DNA of 64,000 nt, from positions 32,001-96,000 of the IMG/VR virus record IMGVR_UViG_3300035180_002574; one strand, 5' to 3'. The translations under genes and the position numbers were made by a program. The notes below the pieces were generated by a model that worked only from the letters and a program-made list of their open reading frames with translations, was not told where the DNA came from and made no database searches. Source of the DNA: a virus. Positions 1 to 9,252 of this stretch are shown here, piece after piece. How positions within the stretch are numbered: the first letter of the stretch is position 1; the number at the start of each line of letters is the position of its first letter.

Positions 1-1
1 A

Positions 2-229
2 TGGATTAGAGTTTCTCCTTTAATACTTGGAATGAAACATTTATCCAATATTTTTACAAATTTGGACGTCCGCTATTTTATAGAATTCCCGAATAAAGAA
101 AAATTACCATTCCCTTGCCTTTCGGGTCGGGCGTGGCTAAGTTGTATTCCGGTCCCGATGGACCTTGAACGATATGCAGATAAGGAGCATGAGGCTCTTT
201 ACTCAGTTATAAAACAAAAAGGAAAATGA
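2..229 (+). CDS. Hypothetical protein, probably 5'-truncated by the window edge
   Basis: Frame is open from position 2 (WIRVSPLILG-MKHL...) to TGA at 229; no motif recognised. Confidence 0.55.
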   Translation, partial: WIRVSPLILGMKHLSNIFTNLDVRYFIEFPNKEKLPFPCLSGRAWLSCIPVPMDLERYADKEHEALYSVIKQKGK

Positions 230-236
230 AGCAAAT

Positions 237-449
237 ATGTCAGACGATAAATTAGAGTTCGAGGGCGAAGTAATAGATTCTAACAAAGGTCAATTCAAAG
301 TTAAAGTCAATGAAAATGTCATTGTTCTTTGCTCTTTGAGCGGTAAAATTCGCATGAATTCAATCAAAATCCTTACTGGGGATAAAGTTAGAATTGAAGT
401 ATCGCCATACGATACGACCAAGGGAAGAATCGTTCACCGTTTTAAGTGA
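237..449 (+). CDS. infA: Translation initiation factor IF-1
   Basis: 70 aa; EFEGEV...FKVK...LSGKIRMNSIKILTGDKVRIEVSPYDTTKGRIVHR matches the IF-1 consensus. Confidence 0.95.
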   Translation: MSDDKLEFEGEVIDSNKGQFKVKVNENVIVLCSLSGKIRMNSIKILTGDKVRIEVSPYDTTKGRIVHRFK

Positions 450-450
450 A

Positions 451-1377
451 TTAAACAACGGCTTCTTCTATCTGGTCTAAGAACTCATCATACTTCTGCA
501 TCACCTGTTCCGATCTCGCTTGAGTTTGTGGAACGGTTGGTGCAGGAGTTTTTTGTGTTTTAGCTTCAGCAGCGCTGGCATAAGTTTTATATGAGCCAGG
601 CTTATCAGAAATGAACGGTATAAATTCTTTATACTTTGGATCCGTCATTATCTGTTCTAAAGTTAAAGGACCAATGGTTTTGCCATTTTTTTTAAATATA
701 AAATTGCCTGTTAATCTGGTCCCATGTGAATAATCAGCATAATCAAGCCCATGGTTAGATTGTCTAAATCCCTGAATTGGTTTACCATTAGTATCATACC
801 AACCAGTTGCATGCACAAAGTTTGGATCTCCTTCTGGAACTATGAGATCTTTCATGCCGCCACCATAAATGGTATTATCATCAGCCTTGTACTTCGCCAT
901 CTCTTTTTGATATGAATCGCTAAAATTAGCAATTTCTTTAGAAGAAGTAATGGCATGAGAGCTAGGATCAATGGGCTTCGGTGGTATCTTCGCAGTAGAA
1001 GCTTCATAAATTTGTTTGGACATCTTACCTGTTGGTAAACTTAGTCCAAAGTGGTGGGCGATCCTCTCCGCAACAACAGGAGAGACCGGCACCTTAAGAC
1101 CATCAATGGTCAGATAATCTGGCATGACGTCATAGCTGGCGGACACTCCGTTTACCGGAGGTAATGTCACTGCCACCATTCTGGGTGGTGGCATCTTAAT
1201 CGCTTCTTGATAGACCAGTTCATCCCTATCTTTCCCCATAGGAAGAGCCATGAATCTTTCTCGGAAAGATCCTTTTTTTGGAGCGATTGGGGCGCCTAAT
1301 TTCTGAAGAGCCTCTTTTCTTTTTAAGATTGCCCAGCTCCTGAGTTGCACTATTCTATCTGATTCAAAACGACTCAT
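451..1377 (-). CDS. Conserved hypothetical protein, paralog of 1381-2184
   Basis: Shares VMPDxL, LPTxKM, GW...GxPIQ and H...YADYSHGxRL blocks with the neighbouring gene. Confidence 0.85.
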   Translation of the reverse strand: MSRFESDRIVQLRSWAILKRKEALQKLGAPIAPKKGSFRERFMALPMGKDRDELVYQEAIKMPPPRMVAVTLPPVNGVSASYDVMPDYLTIDGLKVPVSPVVAERIAHHFGLSLPTGKMSKQIYEASTAKIPPKPIDPSSHAITSSKEIANFSDSYQKEMAKYKADDNTIYGGGMKDLIVPEGDPNFVHATGWYDTNGKPIQGFRQSNHGLDYADYSHGTRLTGNFIFKKNGKTIGPLTLEQIMTDPKYKEFIPFISDKPGSYKTYASAAEAKTQKTPAPTVPQTQARSEQVMQKYDEFLDQIEEAVV

Positions 1378-1380
1378 GTA

Positions 1381-2184
1381 TTAATACCTGGTAAATAGTA
1401 GAGGACCCTCATCGCTAAGCAATTTACTTAATACTGGATCAGTAAAAGCCTGGTGTATTCTCATGGGAGATCCATTTACCATTATATCATTAGCGATTAA
1501 TCTAATACCATGACTATAGTCAGCATATAAATCATCGTGATCTGATGGATTTAGATCTTGAATTGGCTTGCCGTCTGGCAAAAGGAACCACCCATAGATG
1601 GCTACCCTTTTATTAGGATTATTTGGTCTTAAAGCATTGGTAAGAACCACATCTTTCTTGTGCCCTGTCGTCAAGGCACTGTGATCTAGACCAACCAATT
1701 GATTATTAATGGTTGAGTTATGAACACCTATTCTATAGGTTGATAGCATTTCTAGATTGTAAGGGGGTCCCCAAGGTTTAGGCGCTAACTTATTTTTAGC
1801 AGAACTCCAAATATCATTGCACATTTTTCTAGTTGGTAAAGTACAATCATATTTATCAGCGATGGCTTGAGCAGTATGAGGATTCATTGGCATACGAACA
1901 TAATCTTGTTCACTTCCAATAGATAATACATCGGGCATTACTAAATAGGTAATTTTATTTGTGCCATCAGATAATTCAATAGGGACCATTCTTCTTAAAA
2001 AGTCCGGAATGTTACCGTGAATAAATTCACTAAGAATATTTTGTTCACGAACAGCTCCGCTCAAATTCATATTGTTTTGAATGAAGGCAGAACCCGTTAT
2101 AGATCCTGGGTCGCGCGGAGGAATAGGACCACCGCTACCTGCAATACCATTAAGAGCACTAAAAATATCTATTGTCATAACCAT
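1381..2184 (-). CDS. Conserved hypothetical protein (MPD...GHKKDVV...IYGW...YADYSHGIRL family)
   Basis: 267 aa ORF with upstream GGGAG RBS; tandem paralog of 451-1377; function unknown. Confidence 0.85.
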   Translation of the reverse strand: MVMTIDIFSALNGIAGSGGPIPPRDPGSITGSAFIQNNMNLSGAVREQNILSEFIHGNIPDFLRRMVPIELSDGTNKITYLVMPDVLSIGSEQDYVRMPMNPHTAQAIADKYDCTLPTRKMCNDIWSSAKNKLAPKPWGPPYNLEMLSTYRIGVHNSTINNQLVGLDHSALTTGHKKDVVLTNALRPNNPNKRVAIYGWFLLPDGKPIQDLNPSDHDDLYADYSHGIRLIANDIMVNGSPMRIHQAFTDPVLSKLLSDEGPLLFTRY

Positions 2185-2195
2185 CTCCCTTTAAC

Positions 2196-2213
2196 TTACA
2201 TACTTGTATGTAA
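2196..2213. promoter_or_regulatory. Perfect palindrome TTACATAC-TT-GTATGTAA in a divergent intergenic region (operator candidate)
   Basis: Inverted repeat read directly, between divergent genes ending at 2184 and starting at 2296. Confidence 0.45.
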
Positions 2214-2235
2214 AAATATTCTATTTAAGACAGGC

Positions 2236-2263
2236 TTGACTTCTAATTTTTAGTAATTATGGT
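2236..2263 (+). promoter_or_regulatory. Sigma-70-like promoter TTGACT-N16-TATGGT upstream of the IMPDH/GMPR-thyA-folA operon
   Basis: Near-consensus -35/-10 about 35 nt upstream of ATG 2296. Confidence 0.45.
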
Positions 2264-2295
2264 TTAGAAAAACGCGCTTCATTTGCGGAGTAATT

Positions 2296-3351
2296 ATGAA
2301 CATAATTGAAGGTTTAACATTTGATGACGTCCTACTTGTCCCCAAATATTCTTTGGTTGGTAGTAGGTCGGAAATAGATATTTCAGCGAGTATGGGTGAT
2401 TATAAATTCAATCATCCTATCATACCCGCTAATATGAAAACCATAACTGGAAGAGAGATGGCACTAGAAGTCTCTAGATCTGGTGGGCTATCTATTTTAC
2501 ATAGATTTATGCCAATTGAAGATCAGTTTGAAATCGCTAAAGACATGATAGATGAATTTGGTTTATCAAAACAATTTGCGGTTTCTGTTGGAATTAAAAA
2601 CGAAGATAAATTATCGGTTAATACTTTTTATGAAATAGGAGTTAGGATTTTTTGCATAGATATTGCGCATGGTGATTCAGCTCATTGTGAATCCATGACA
2701 AAATGGATGAAAGAAACTTATCCAGACATATTTTTGATTGCGGGAAATATTGCAACCAGAGAAGGCGCTAGAAGATTGTGGCTGGCAGGGGCTGATGCTG
2801 TAAAAGTTGGTATTGGACCTGGCTCACTTTGTACGACCAGAATTGAAACTGGAAATGGGGTGCCTCAACTTACAGCTTTAGAAGACGTATATAATGAAAA
2901 AACCACATTGCGCAAGCAATATTGGTGTGATGAGACTCGTAGATGGAAAAGCTCAATCTCGCGAGAGATTTATATTATCGCAGATGGTGGGATTAAATCC
3001 GCTGGAGATATTGTTAAAGCCCTATGTTTTTCAGATATGGTCATGGCTGGCAATTTATTTGCTGGGTGTGTGGAAACTCCCGGAACAACGTTATTGATTG
3101 ACGGGCATTCATATAAAGAATATGCTGGCAGCTCTACTCATAAGAATTCTCATAAGGAAGGTGTGGTCGCCCTAGTTAATTCTAAGGGAAGATTTCAGGA
3201 TGTACTTACTAAATTATTAGAGGGGTTACGTTCCGGATGTTCTTATCAAGGCGCAAGAAATTTAACAGATCTTAGGGTTAATCCGACATTTGTTAAGATA
3301 ACATCTGCTGGTTTGAAAGAGTCTCACCCACACGACGTTATCGTTAAATGA
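2296..3351 (+). CDS. guaB: IMP dehydrogenase / GMP reductase family enzyme, short form without CBS domains
   Basis: [21 protein letters not shown], catalytic [18 protein letters not shown]; guaB versus guaC cannot be settled by eye. Confidence 0.88.
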   Translation: MNIIEGLTFDDVLLVPKYSLVGSRSEIDISASMGDYKFNHPIIPANMKTITGREMALEVSRSGGLSILHRFMPIEDQFEIAKDMIDEFGLSKQFAVSVGIKNEDKLSVNTFYEIGVRIFCIDIAHGDSAHCESMTKWMKETYPDIFLIAGNIATREGARRLWLAGADAVKVGIGPGSLCTTRIETGNGVPQLTALEDVYNEKTTLRKQYWCDETRRWKSSISREIYIIADGGIKSAGDIVKALCFSDMVMAGNLFAGCVETPGTTLLIDGHSYKEYAGSSTHKNSHKEGVVALVNSKGRFQDVLTKLLEGLRSGCSYQGARNLTDLRVNPTFVKITSAGLKESHPHDVIVK

Positions 3352-3358
3352 GTTAAAT

Positions 3359-3544
3359 ATGTGGAAGACTAAAAAAGATCTATTACAGATAATTTCTTGG
3401 ATTTTTGCAGGAATTGTCATTATTCAAAGTCTTATATCTGGTATAAAATATGGTTGTTGGGGCGGGTTTATTGTTTTATTGGTTGGGGCGGTGTTAGGAA
3501 CTGCTTATTACTATTACAAAATTAGTCAATTCAAACAAATTTGA
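3359..3544 (+). CDS. Small membrane protein with two hydrophobic segments
   Basis: 61 aa, tightly packed in the operon. Confidence 0.6.
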   Translation: MWKTKKDLLQIISWIFAGIVIIQSLISGIKYGCWGGFIVLLVGAVLGTAYYYYKISQFKQI

Positions 3545-3550
3545 GAATAC

Positions 3551-4468
3551 ATGAATACAGAAGAAAGAGCTTACCTAGACTTATTGACCAAGATAATTAA
3601 CCTTGGCGATGAGAGGTTAGATAGGACGGGCGTAGGTACATATTCTTTATTTGGGAGTCAGCTTAGATTCTCATTGGAAAATAATCAAATACCAATGTTG
3701 ACTACTAAAAAGATGTTTTCTAAAGGCGTTATCGAAGAGCTTCTCTTCTTCCTTCGAGGAGATACGGATACTAAAATATTGGAAGAAGCTGGCGTCAATA
3801 TTTGGAAGGGTAATACTACCCGAGACTTCTTAGATAAACGAGGTTTGGCATATCTTCCAGAAGGAGATATGGGAAAAGGATATGGTTTTCAATGGAGAAA
3901 TTTTGGAGGACAAACCTATAACAACTCTTCTCCGCACTTTTGGAAAATTATGTCGTCTCCTCCCGGAACCGATCAATTACTAGAATTAATTGATGGGTTA
4001 CAAAAAGATCCTTTCGGTCGCAGACATATTATAACTGCTTGGAACCCAAATCAGTTAGACGAAATGGCATTACCCCCATGTCATATATTAGTTCAGTTCT
4101 ATGTAAGTTCTGACAATAAATTATCTTCTCAGTTTTATATGAGATCGGTAGATTCCTTTTTAGGACTTCCGTTTAATATCTTGAGCTATGCTATTTTGAC
4201 CCGTATTGTGGCTCAGACAGTGGGTATGGAAGCCAAAGAAATTGTTTTCGTGGGCGGCGACACACATGTTTATAAGAATCATCTTCAGCAGGTGGTGACA
4301 CAGATCGGTCGCAACCCACATGAATTTCCTACATTGACCATAAACGCCAACTTATCTGGCGGTAATATTGATGAAAAAATTCAGGCAATCGAAAATCTAA
4401 AATTAGAAAATTTCGTAATTGAAGGATACCGAAGTCATCCGGCAATTAAGGCAGAGATGGCGATATAA
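3551..4468 (+). CDS. thyA: Thymidylate synthase
   Basis: DRTGVGT, ELLFFLRG, YGFQWR, ALPPCH, YMRSVDSFLGLPFNI. Confidence 0.97.
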   Translation: MNTEERAYLDLLTKIINLGDERLDRTGVGTYSLFGSQLRFSLENNQIPMLTTKKMFSKGVIEELLFFLRGDTDTKILEEAGVNIWKGNTTRDFLDKRGLAYLPEGDMGKGYGFQWRNFGGQTYNNSSPHFWKIMSSPPGTDQLLELIDGLQKDPFGRRHIITAWNPNQLDEMALPPCHILVQFYVSSDNKLSSQFYMRSVDSFLGLPFNILSYAILTRIVAQTVGMEAKEIVFVGGDTHVYKNHLQQVVTQIGRNPHEFPTLTINANLSGGNIDEKIQAIENLKLENFVIEGYRSHPAIKAEMAI

Positions 4469-4968
4469 TGTTTCCCACGGTAACTATGATAGCTGCCGTC
4501 TCCCAAGATGGAGTTTTGGGAGTAGATGGCAAGATACCTTGGATTGGGAAATATCCTTCCGATCTTAAACGCTTTAAAAGATTAACATCTGGAGCCAGTG
4601 TGGTGATGGGATCCAAAACATACCAATCCATTGGCAAACCACTGCCAAATAGACATAACTATGTGGTAAGTAGCCAGCCACACTTATATCCAGAAGTGTC
4701 GGTAGTAAATAGACCGTTTACTGCTGTTAGAGAATCATTTTATGTACATCCGACATCCAATGTTTGGATTATTGGCGGAGCATCTATTTATCTGCAATCA
4801 ATGGGTATTGCTGATTATATTGATCTTACTATTATACCAGAAACTATAAATCCATATCACACACATGATATAGCAAGATTTCCATGGATTAATCCATGTC
4901 AATTTAGAATTGTAAGGTCAGATCCTGGTGAAGATGGATTGCTTCATCTTTTATATCAGAAATATTAG
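4468..4968 (+). CDS. folA: Dihydrofolate reductase
   Basis: IAAVS..GVLG...IPW...DLKRFKRLT...VVMGSKTYQSIGKPLPNR, WIIGGASIY; TAATG overlap with thyA. Confidence 0.93.
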   Translation: MFPTVTMIAAVSQDGVLGVDGKIPWIGKYPSDLKRFKRLTSGASVVMGSKTYQSIGKPLPNRHNYVVSSQPHLYPEVSVVNRPFTAVRESFYVHPTSNVWIIGGASIYLQSMGIADYIDLTIIPETINPYHTHDIARFPWINPCQFRIVRSDPGEDGLLHLLYQKY

Positions 4969-5576
4969 ATCATACCGAGAATCACATCTAGCGGAAATCC
5001 TGAGCCGGGATCTGTGTGATTAGATTTTTTAAATGCCTTGGACACTTCTGCGTGGGTAGTTATGCCTTTCTTGCCAGCTATAAGTCCAGCAGCATCCACG
5101 AATTGAGTTGGTATTCCATAAGTACTACACCAACTAGAAATAATTGAAGCTGCATTCTTTAAGGTTTTCTGGCGCTTAAGCCAGTCTTCTCTTTTCATAG
5201 AGGCATATCCAACAATCTCGATATGTAAACCGTCCCTGTTAGCCCCCGGTGCTGCCCAAGGCTCTGCCGCATCTGGCAAAGTTCTAAATACTCCATCCTC
5301 ACCTACAACAAACTGAGTTGAACCAGTTGATTGAGGGGCTTGGAAGTATTGCGCCGTACTCTTGGCGCTTCCGCTTTCGGTGGAATGTATAACAACCCAC
5401 TTAATATTTTTGAGATCCCTAGCCCCACTATCATGCTTGGCACGAAGAGTTTGAACCTCATCACTCATTTGAGGTTTTTGCTGCACCCCCGAGCCTGGAA
5501 TTTCTTTTTCTATCTGCTCGTATAGATCCTGTAATTGTTGGTCTATTTGAGCGATGTACTGGCTAATTTTTCTCAT
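4965..5576 (-). CDS. N-acetylmuramoyl-L-alanine amidase (Amidase_2, Zn-dependent)
   Basis: VVIHSTE, WAAPGAN..GLHIEIVG, TTHAEV...HTDPG; likely start MRKISQ at 5576. Confidence 0.88.
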   Translation of the reverse strand: MRKISQYIAQIDQQLQDLYEQIEKEIPGSGVQQKPQMSDEVQTLRAKHDSGARDLKNIKWVVIHSTESGSAKSTAQYFQAPQSTGSTQFVVGEDGVFRTLPDAAEPWAAPGANRDGLHIEIVGYASMKREDWLKRQKTLKNAASIISSWCSTYGIPTQFVDAAGLIAGKKGITTHAEVSKAFKKSNHTDPGSGFPLDVILGMI

Positions 5577-5614
5577 GGAGAAATACAGAAAAATTAGCAG
5601 AATGCTAAGAAACA

Positions 5615-5649
5615 AAAATCCCACGAATATAAAATATTCGTGGGATTTT
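5615..5649. terminator. 16-bp perfect inverted repeat, intrinsic-terminator-like
   Basis: AAAATCCCACGAATAT-AAA-ATATTCGTGGGATTTT, followed by a T-tract on the minus strand. Confidence 0.75.
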
Positions 5650-5667
5650 AAATTTCAGAAAATTATT

Positions 5668-6162
5668 TTAGACTGGTTCTTCGTAGAAGTAAACCGAGAC
5701 GCCTTTTTCAATCAAACATTTTGAAAGAAGCGCGCTAAGTTCCGGGATCGAATCCGTTAGTAATGTAGAAACGTGAACAGTTGCTTTTTCATATTTGGCA
5801 GACGCACAAACTTTATTCAAGCACGATTCAAGAGCATCAAGGTCGGTATCTAATTTGTCGGTTTGACAAAGCATGTGAATTACCCAGGTATCGCTCTGAA
5901 CCGCGGTAGTGTTGGTCGCGCCCAATTTATAGTCTCCAGTACGGGTATTATACCAGCCTTTAGCCTCTTCCTTTACCTTCTTCCACTTCTTATCGAATAA
6001 GGGGTAAAGGGGACTTTCAGTCTTTCCTGCCATATTATTAATGGATAGGACGAATCTTAATCCAGCATTTTCTGGAGCTAAAATGCTTCCCTTGATCAAT
6101 TTGGTTTTGCCCATTGGCTGAAATCTATTCTTTTCTTCGGTGTTAGTTAGTGGTTTGCTCAT
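5668..6162 (-). CDS. Macrodomain-like protein, degenerate
   Basis: KG...P..AG, KKW..W...YKLG...VQSDTWV.HM..Q...ALESCL.KV..A...ATVH follows the Appr-1-p macrodomain pattern; the Gly-rich loops are missing; start MSKPL at 6162. Confidence 0.65.
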   Translation of the reverse strand: MSKPLTNTEEKNRFQPMGKTKLIKGSILAPENAGLRFVLSINNMAGKTESPLYPLFDKKWKKVKEEAKGWYNTRTGDYKLGATNTTAVQSDTWVIHMLCQTDKLDTDLDALESCLNKVCASAKYEKATVHVSTLLTDSIPELSALLSKCLIEKGVSVYFYEEPV

Positions 6163-6198
6163 TTTATGTTCCTTAATTACTCCACGCACTACTATATA

Positions 6199-6582
6199 TC
6201 AGCGATCGAAGTCTTTTAGGTTTTCTGGATCTTCTGCTAGCTTTTCTAATTTGTTTTTTACCTCATCGAAATGACCGATAAAAAAGTAAAACCCAGTAAC
6301 CAATTCCGATGAATAAGAGTCCGTTATTAAGAAAATCGGCTTGTTATTGGCGTTTTTCATTAAATGAAATACTGCGCAAATTGCGCTAATCAGCCCGTCA
6401 TATCTTGGTTTGGTTTTATCTTTTTCTCGCAAAATAAATGAAAAGGCGGCATTTTCTAAGACGCTCGATGCAAGTTTAGAAGCTAAACCATTTAGAACAA
6501 CCGATTCATTTATCTGATCTGCTCTGCCTTCATGTGTATGATTGTCATCAATGTAATGAGTGTTGTCGAATAAAAAAATCAT
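6199..6582 (-). CDS. Hypothetical protein
   Basis: 127 aa, 4-nt overlap with the upstream gene. Confidence 0.7.
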   Translation of the reverse strand: MIFLFDNTHYIDDNHTHEGRADQINESVVLNGLASKLASSVLENAAFSFILREKDKTKPRYDGLISAICAVFHLMKNANNKPIFLITDSYSSELVTGFYFFIGHFDEVKNKLEKLAEDPENLKDFDR

Positions 6583-7193
6583 AATCTCTCCACAATGTTT
6601 TCAAGCTCGCCCATCTTGCCGAAATAGTTTTTTGCATCATCTAATGTAAACTGAAATGTTTTGAATCCAAATTTTTGGGAGGCTTCCAAATTTTCTGACA
6701 GATCATCTATGTAAACACAATTTTTGAATTCTGGATTAGACATTAAAAAACTAATATAGAACAGATCATTTGGTTTGCGGGCACCAACTTGGCAACTAAA
6801 ATGTTTAATAGCTTCTCTATAGAAATTATAACTTCCAAGTGTTTTTTTCATCATTTCGGCGTGTTCGGGTCCTATATTAGATAATAAAGCAATCTTAAGA
6901 TCATATTTTTCTTGCCACTCATCTAGTTTGCCTAAAAAATATGGGTTTGCAGTTATACATCCTTCCCACTCATATTTAATGATATCTATAATTACTTCAG
7001 ATCTAATATGTAATTTATCTCGTAGTTCTGCTGCAATATCTGTAAGCCCGAGATCATGAGATTTTTGAATCCTTTGAATAAAGTATTTGGCTTCCTCCAA
7101 CGTGGTATTGGCGTGCTTGGAGATTGCTTCAAACAACTTTCTAAAATCAACATAACATAAAACGTTACCTATATCTATAGCTAAATACTTCAT
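6579..7193 (-). CDS. HAD-superfamily phosphatase (YihX-like)
   Basis: Motif I AIDIGNVL, LLSN, ARKP, motif IV YIDD. Confidence 0.85.
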   Translation of the reverse strand: MKYLAIDIGNVLCYVDFRKLFEAISKHANTTLEEAKYFIQRIQKSHDLGLTDIAAELRDKLHIRSEVIIDIIKYEWEGCITANPYFLGKLDEWQEKYDLKIALLSNIGPEHAEMMKKTLGSYNFYREAIKHFSCQVGARKPNDLFYISFLMSNPEFKNCVYIDDLSENLEASQKFGFKTFQFTLDDAKNYFGKMGELENIVERL

Positions 7194-8161
7194 GCGTCTT
7201 TTAAATCCTCATGCAATAAGCTTATGCTTGCGCTGTATAATGGTTGTATTTTTTTATCCATAAATTGGTTGATATCATCACCAAGATAATATGATGCGCT
7301 CAAACCAAGATGTCTTGAATACAATGAATTAGTAATACATTCTAGATCTTTATAATTAGTAACTGTTATACTAAATTTTCCGTTATAAAATGCATCTGCT
7401 AAAAAACTTGTTTGACCCTCACACACAAATAGTGGAGAGTTAAATATGTTACAATAATAATCTTCAGATTTCCAAATTGGTTTTGATATAACCGTAGAAT
7501 ATTTTTCATACGGGAATTCTGAAAATATAACGGAGTCATCTTGATGTTTTAACATGTGAGAAATCTGTACATTGGGTAAAAGTAATCCTGCTACTATTTG
7601 GTGTGTGCATGGTTTATACGGTTTGCCAATTTGGTGATATGGTCTAGTCCACTCATATTCTGATTTTATATTGGGAGGCGTATTTATGTCGCCAAAATGA
7701 GAATACACCATTCTTCTATCAGAATTAATAATAATGTTTACTATTTTCTGATAATGATCAGAATCTTGTTTTAAGAGACCTAAATATTGATTAGATAAGC
7801 CTGTATTATATTTGCTTTTATGTGATATGGCAAAATTTATAAGTGATGAGCTATATTGCCAAAGTGGTATGTTTAATAACCGGGCAATATAAGAAGTAAA
7901 ATAGTCCAGATCCGAAATAATCAGATCTGGACCATAAGTTTTTATTTGTTCATAATAGACATGAACATTATCGTTATTTAAGGATATTGATCCATTGGGA
8001 GATAATAATGCATCCAGAGTCCAATCTATATTAATTGGAGGGCTAGATTTTTTGTAAGCGGCTATTTTTAATTGAATTGTGGTTTTACTTAATTCCTGGT
8101 AAACTCTCCACAATTGAATTTTGGAATTGTAATTGTTTCCTGCCGCGTACAATATCTTCAT
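7190..8161 (-). CDS. GT-B fold glycosyltransferase-like protein (MJ1255/VC2487-like), possibly degenerate
   Basis: MKILYA..., PDLIISDLD...YIARLLNIP, GQTSFLADAFY.GK; the usual N-terminal GxGH motif is absent. Confidence 0.6.
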   Translation of the reverse strand: MKILYAAGNNYNSKIQLWRVYQELSKTTIQLKIAAYKKSSPPINIDWTLDALLSPNGSISLNNDNVHVYYEQIKTYGPDLIISDLDYFTSYIARLLNIPLWQYSSSLINFAISHKSKYNTGLSNQYLGLLKQDSDHYQKIVNIIINSDRRMVYSHFGDINTPPNIKSEYEWTRPYHQIGKPYKPCTHQIVAGLLLPNVQISHMLKHQDDSVIFSEFPYEKYSTVISKPIWKSEDYYCNIFNSPLFVCEGQTSFLADAFYNGKFSITVTNYKDLECITNSLYSRHLGLSASYYLGDDINQFMDKKIQPLYSASISLLHEDLKDA

Positions 8162-8745
8162 TTATTTAATACAGATTTGAAAAACTCAACTTGTTTTTCA
8201 AAAACTTCCTTGGTAGCTTTCACGTCAGCTTCGGCTGAGTGCGCTTTTTCGTTTTTCACACCATATTTCTTGACCAAATTGGATAAGCTGTATCCTTCAG
8301 CCATTTTACCTTTGCAAAAATCCATAAAGAACTCTAATTGCATGGTGTCTAGAGATCGTCTTCCAAAAGGATAGGTGTCCTTGGCATTACACTTGTTCCA
8401 TAATTGTTGAAGCATGTCTCGGTCAAATGCAATATTTTGACCAACAAGAATTCTATCTTCGGCAGGAGACCCATCTTCCTGGATCCAGTTTTCTATTTCT
8501 ACCAAGGCAGCGTTGGGATCTTTATAGGTATCTTTGCCATATTTCGTAAGCAACTTAAGATCCTCTAATTTATGACCATTGATTCTTAATGCGGCAGACT
8601 CTGCTTGATCTGGGTTAAGAGGTTTCAAAAACCAAGTCTTTTGGATGCCGTCCGAAAGACGAAGCAGAGATAACTCAATTACATCATGAGTCCTGCTGTC
8701 CAATCCTGTTGTTTCTACGTCAGCCACATAAAGCGTATATTTCAT
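8158..8745 (-). CDS. DEDDh 3'-5' exonuclease (DnaQ-like)
   Basis: ADVETTGL, GQNIAFD, LDTM, AHSAEADV. Confidence 0.9.
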   Translation of the reverse strand: MKYTLYVADVETTGLDSRTHDVIELSLLRLSDGIQKTWFLKPLNPDQAESAALRINGHKLEDLKLLTKYGKDTYKDPNAALVEIENWIQEDGSPAEDRILVGQNIAFDRDMLQQLWNKCNAKDTYPFGRRSLDTMQLEFFMDFCKGKMAEGYSLSNLVKKYGVKNEKAHSAEADVKATKEVFEKQVEFFKSVLNK

Positions 8746-8774
8746 TTAACACCCTTTGTTAGTTATTCCGCACT

Positions 8775-8803
8775 AATATAAGGCGGCTGCCGCCGGCTGT
8801 CAA
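8775..8803 (-). promoter_or_regulatory. Sigma-70 promoter TTGACA-N17-TATATT with a GC-rich palindromic spacer
   Basis: Minus strand reads TTGACA gccggcggcagccgcct TATATT, upstream of the exonuclease-GT-HAD-macro run. Confidence 0.7.
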
Positions 8804-8805
8804 GC

Positions 8806-9252
8806 TCAGGATTTATTTATCTTTTTGCGCCCGCGCTTCTTTGGGACTTTTTTATTACTAGCTTCTACTTTTACTTCTTCTGATTTACTGATAGTCTTTT
8901 TTAGCTCTGTTCGAAAACTGTTTAATGATTTTATTCCAGTTTTCGCTTGAGCTAAAATGAAATTAAAACCCTCAACTGTTTGAAGGTATTCTCTTTCTCT
9001 TTTAGAGATTTTAGTACTTTCAATAGTAAAAATAACTTTATTATCTTGCATGACCTTCCATTTTTCTCCCTTGTTTGGCATGGAGGATCGCTTAACTCTA
9101 ATTACTTTCTCAGCAATATCATCTTCTTCATGATAAAGATCATATTCAAACTTACTGAAAGTATATTTTGAATTTTGTTCCTTTACTTCATCAGTAATCG
9201 GGGTAACAAAAGAATTATCATTATTAGTTTTAGTGGACATGTTCTTTCTCAA
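8806..9252 (-). CDS. Hypothetical protein with a Lys/Arg-rich C-terminal tail
   Basis: 148 aa ORF ending KKVPKKRGRKKINKS. Confidence 0.7.
   Translation of the reverse strand: MRKNMSTKTNNDNSFVTPITDEVKEQNSKYTFSKFEYDLYHEEDDIAEKVIRVKRSSMPNKGEKWKVMQDNKVIFTIESTKISKREREYLQTVEGFNFILAQAKTGIKSLNSFRTELKKTISKSEEVKVEASNKKVPKKRGRKKINKS

Noticed and set aside
451-2184. The paralog pair as a DGR template/variable repeat
   Set aside because: Differences in the shared C-terminal block are mostly synonymous and not adenine-specific; both are full ORFs, and no reverse transcriptase is present in the window
3551-4468. ThyA as a dNMP hydroxymethylase for base modification
   Set aside because: It retains canonical ThyA motifs (PPCH, RSVD.FLGLPFN) and is coupled to DHFR
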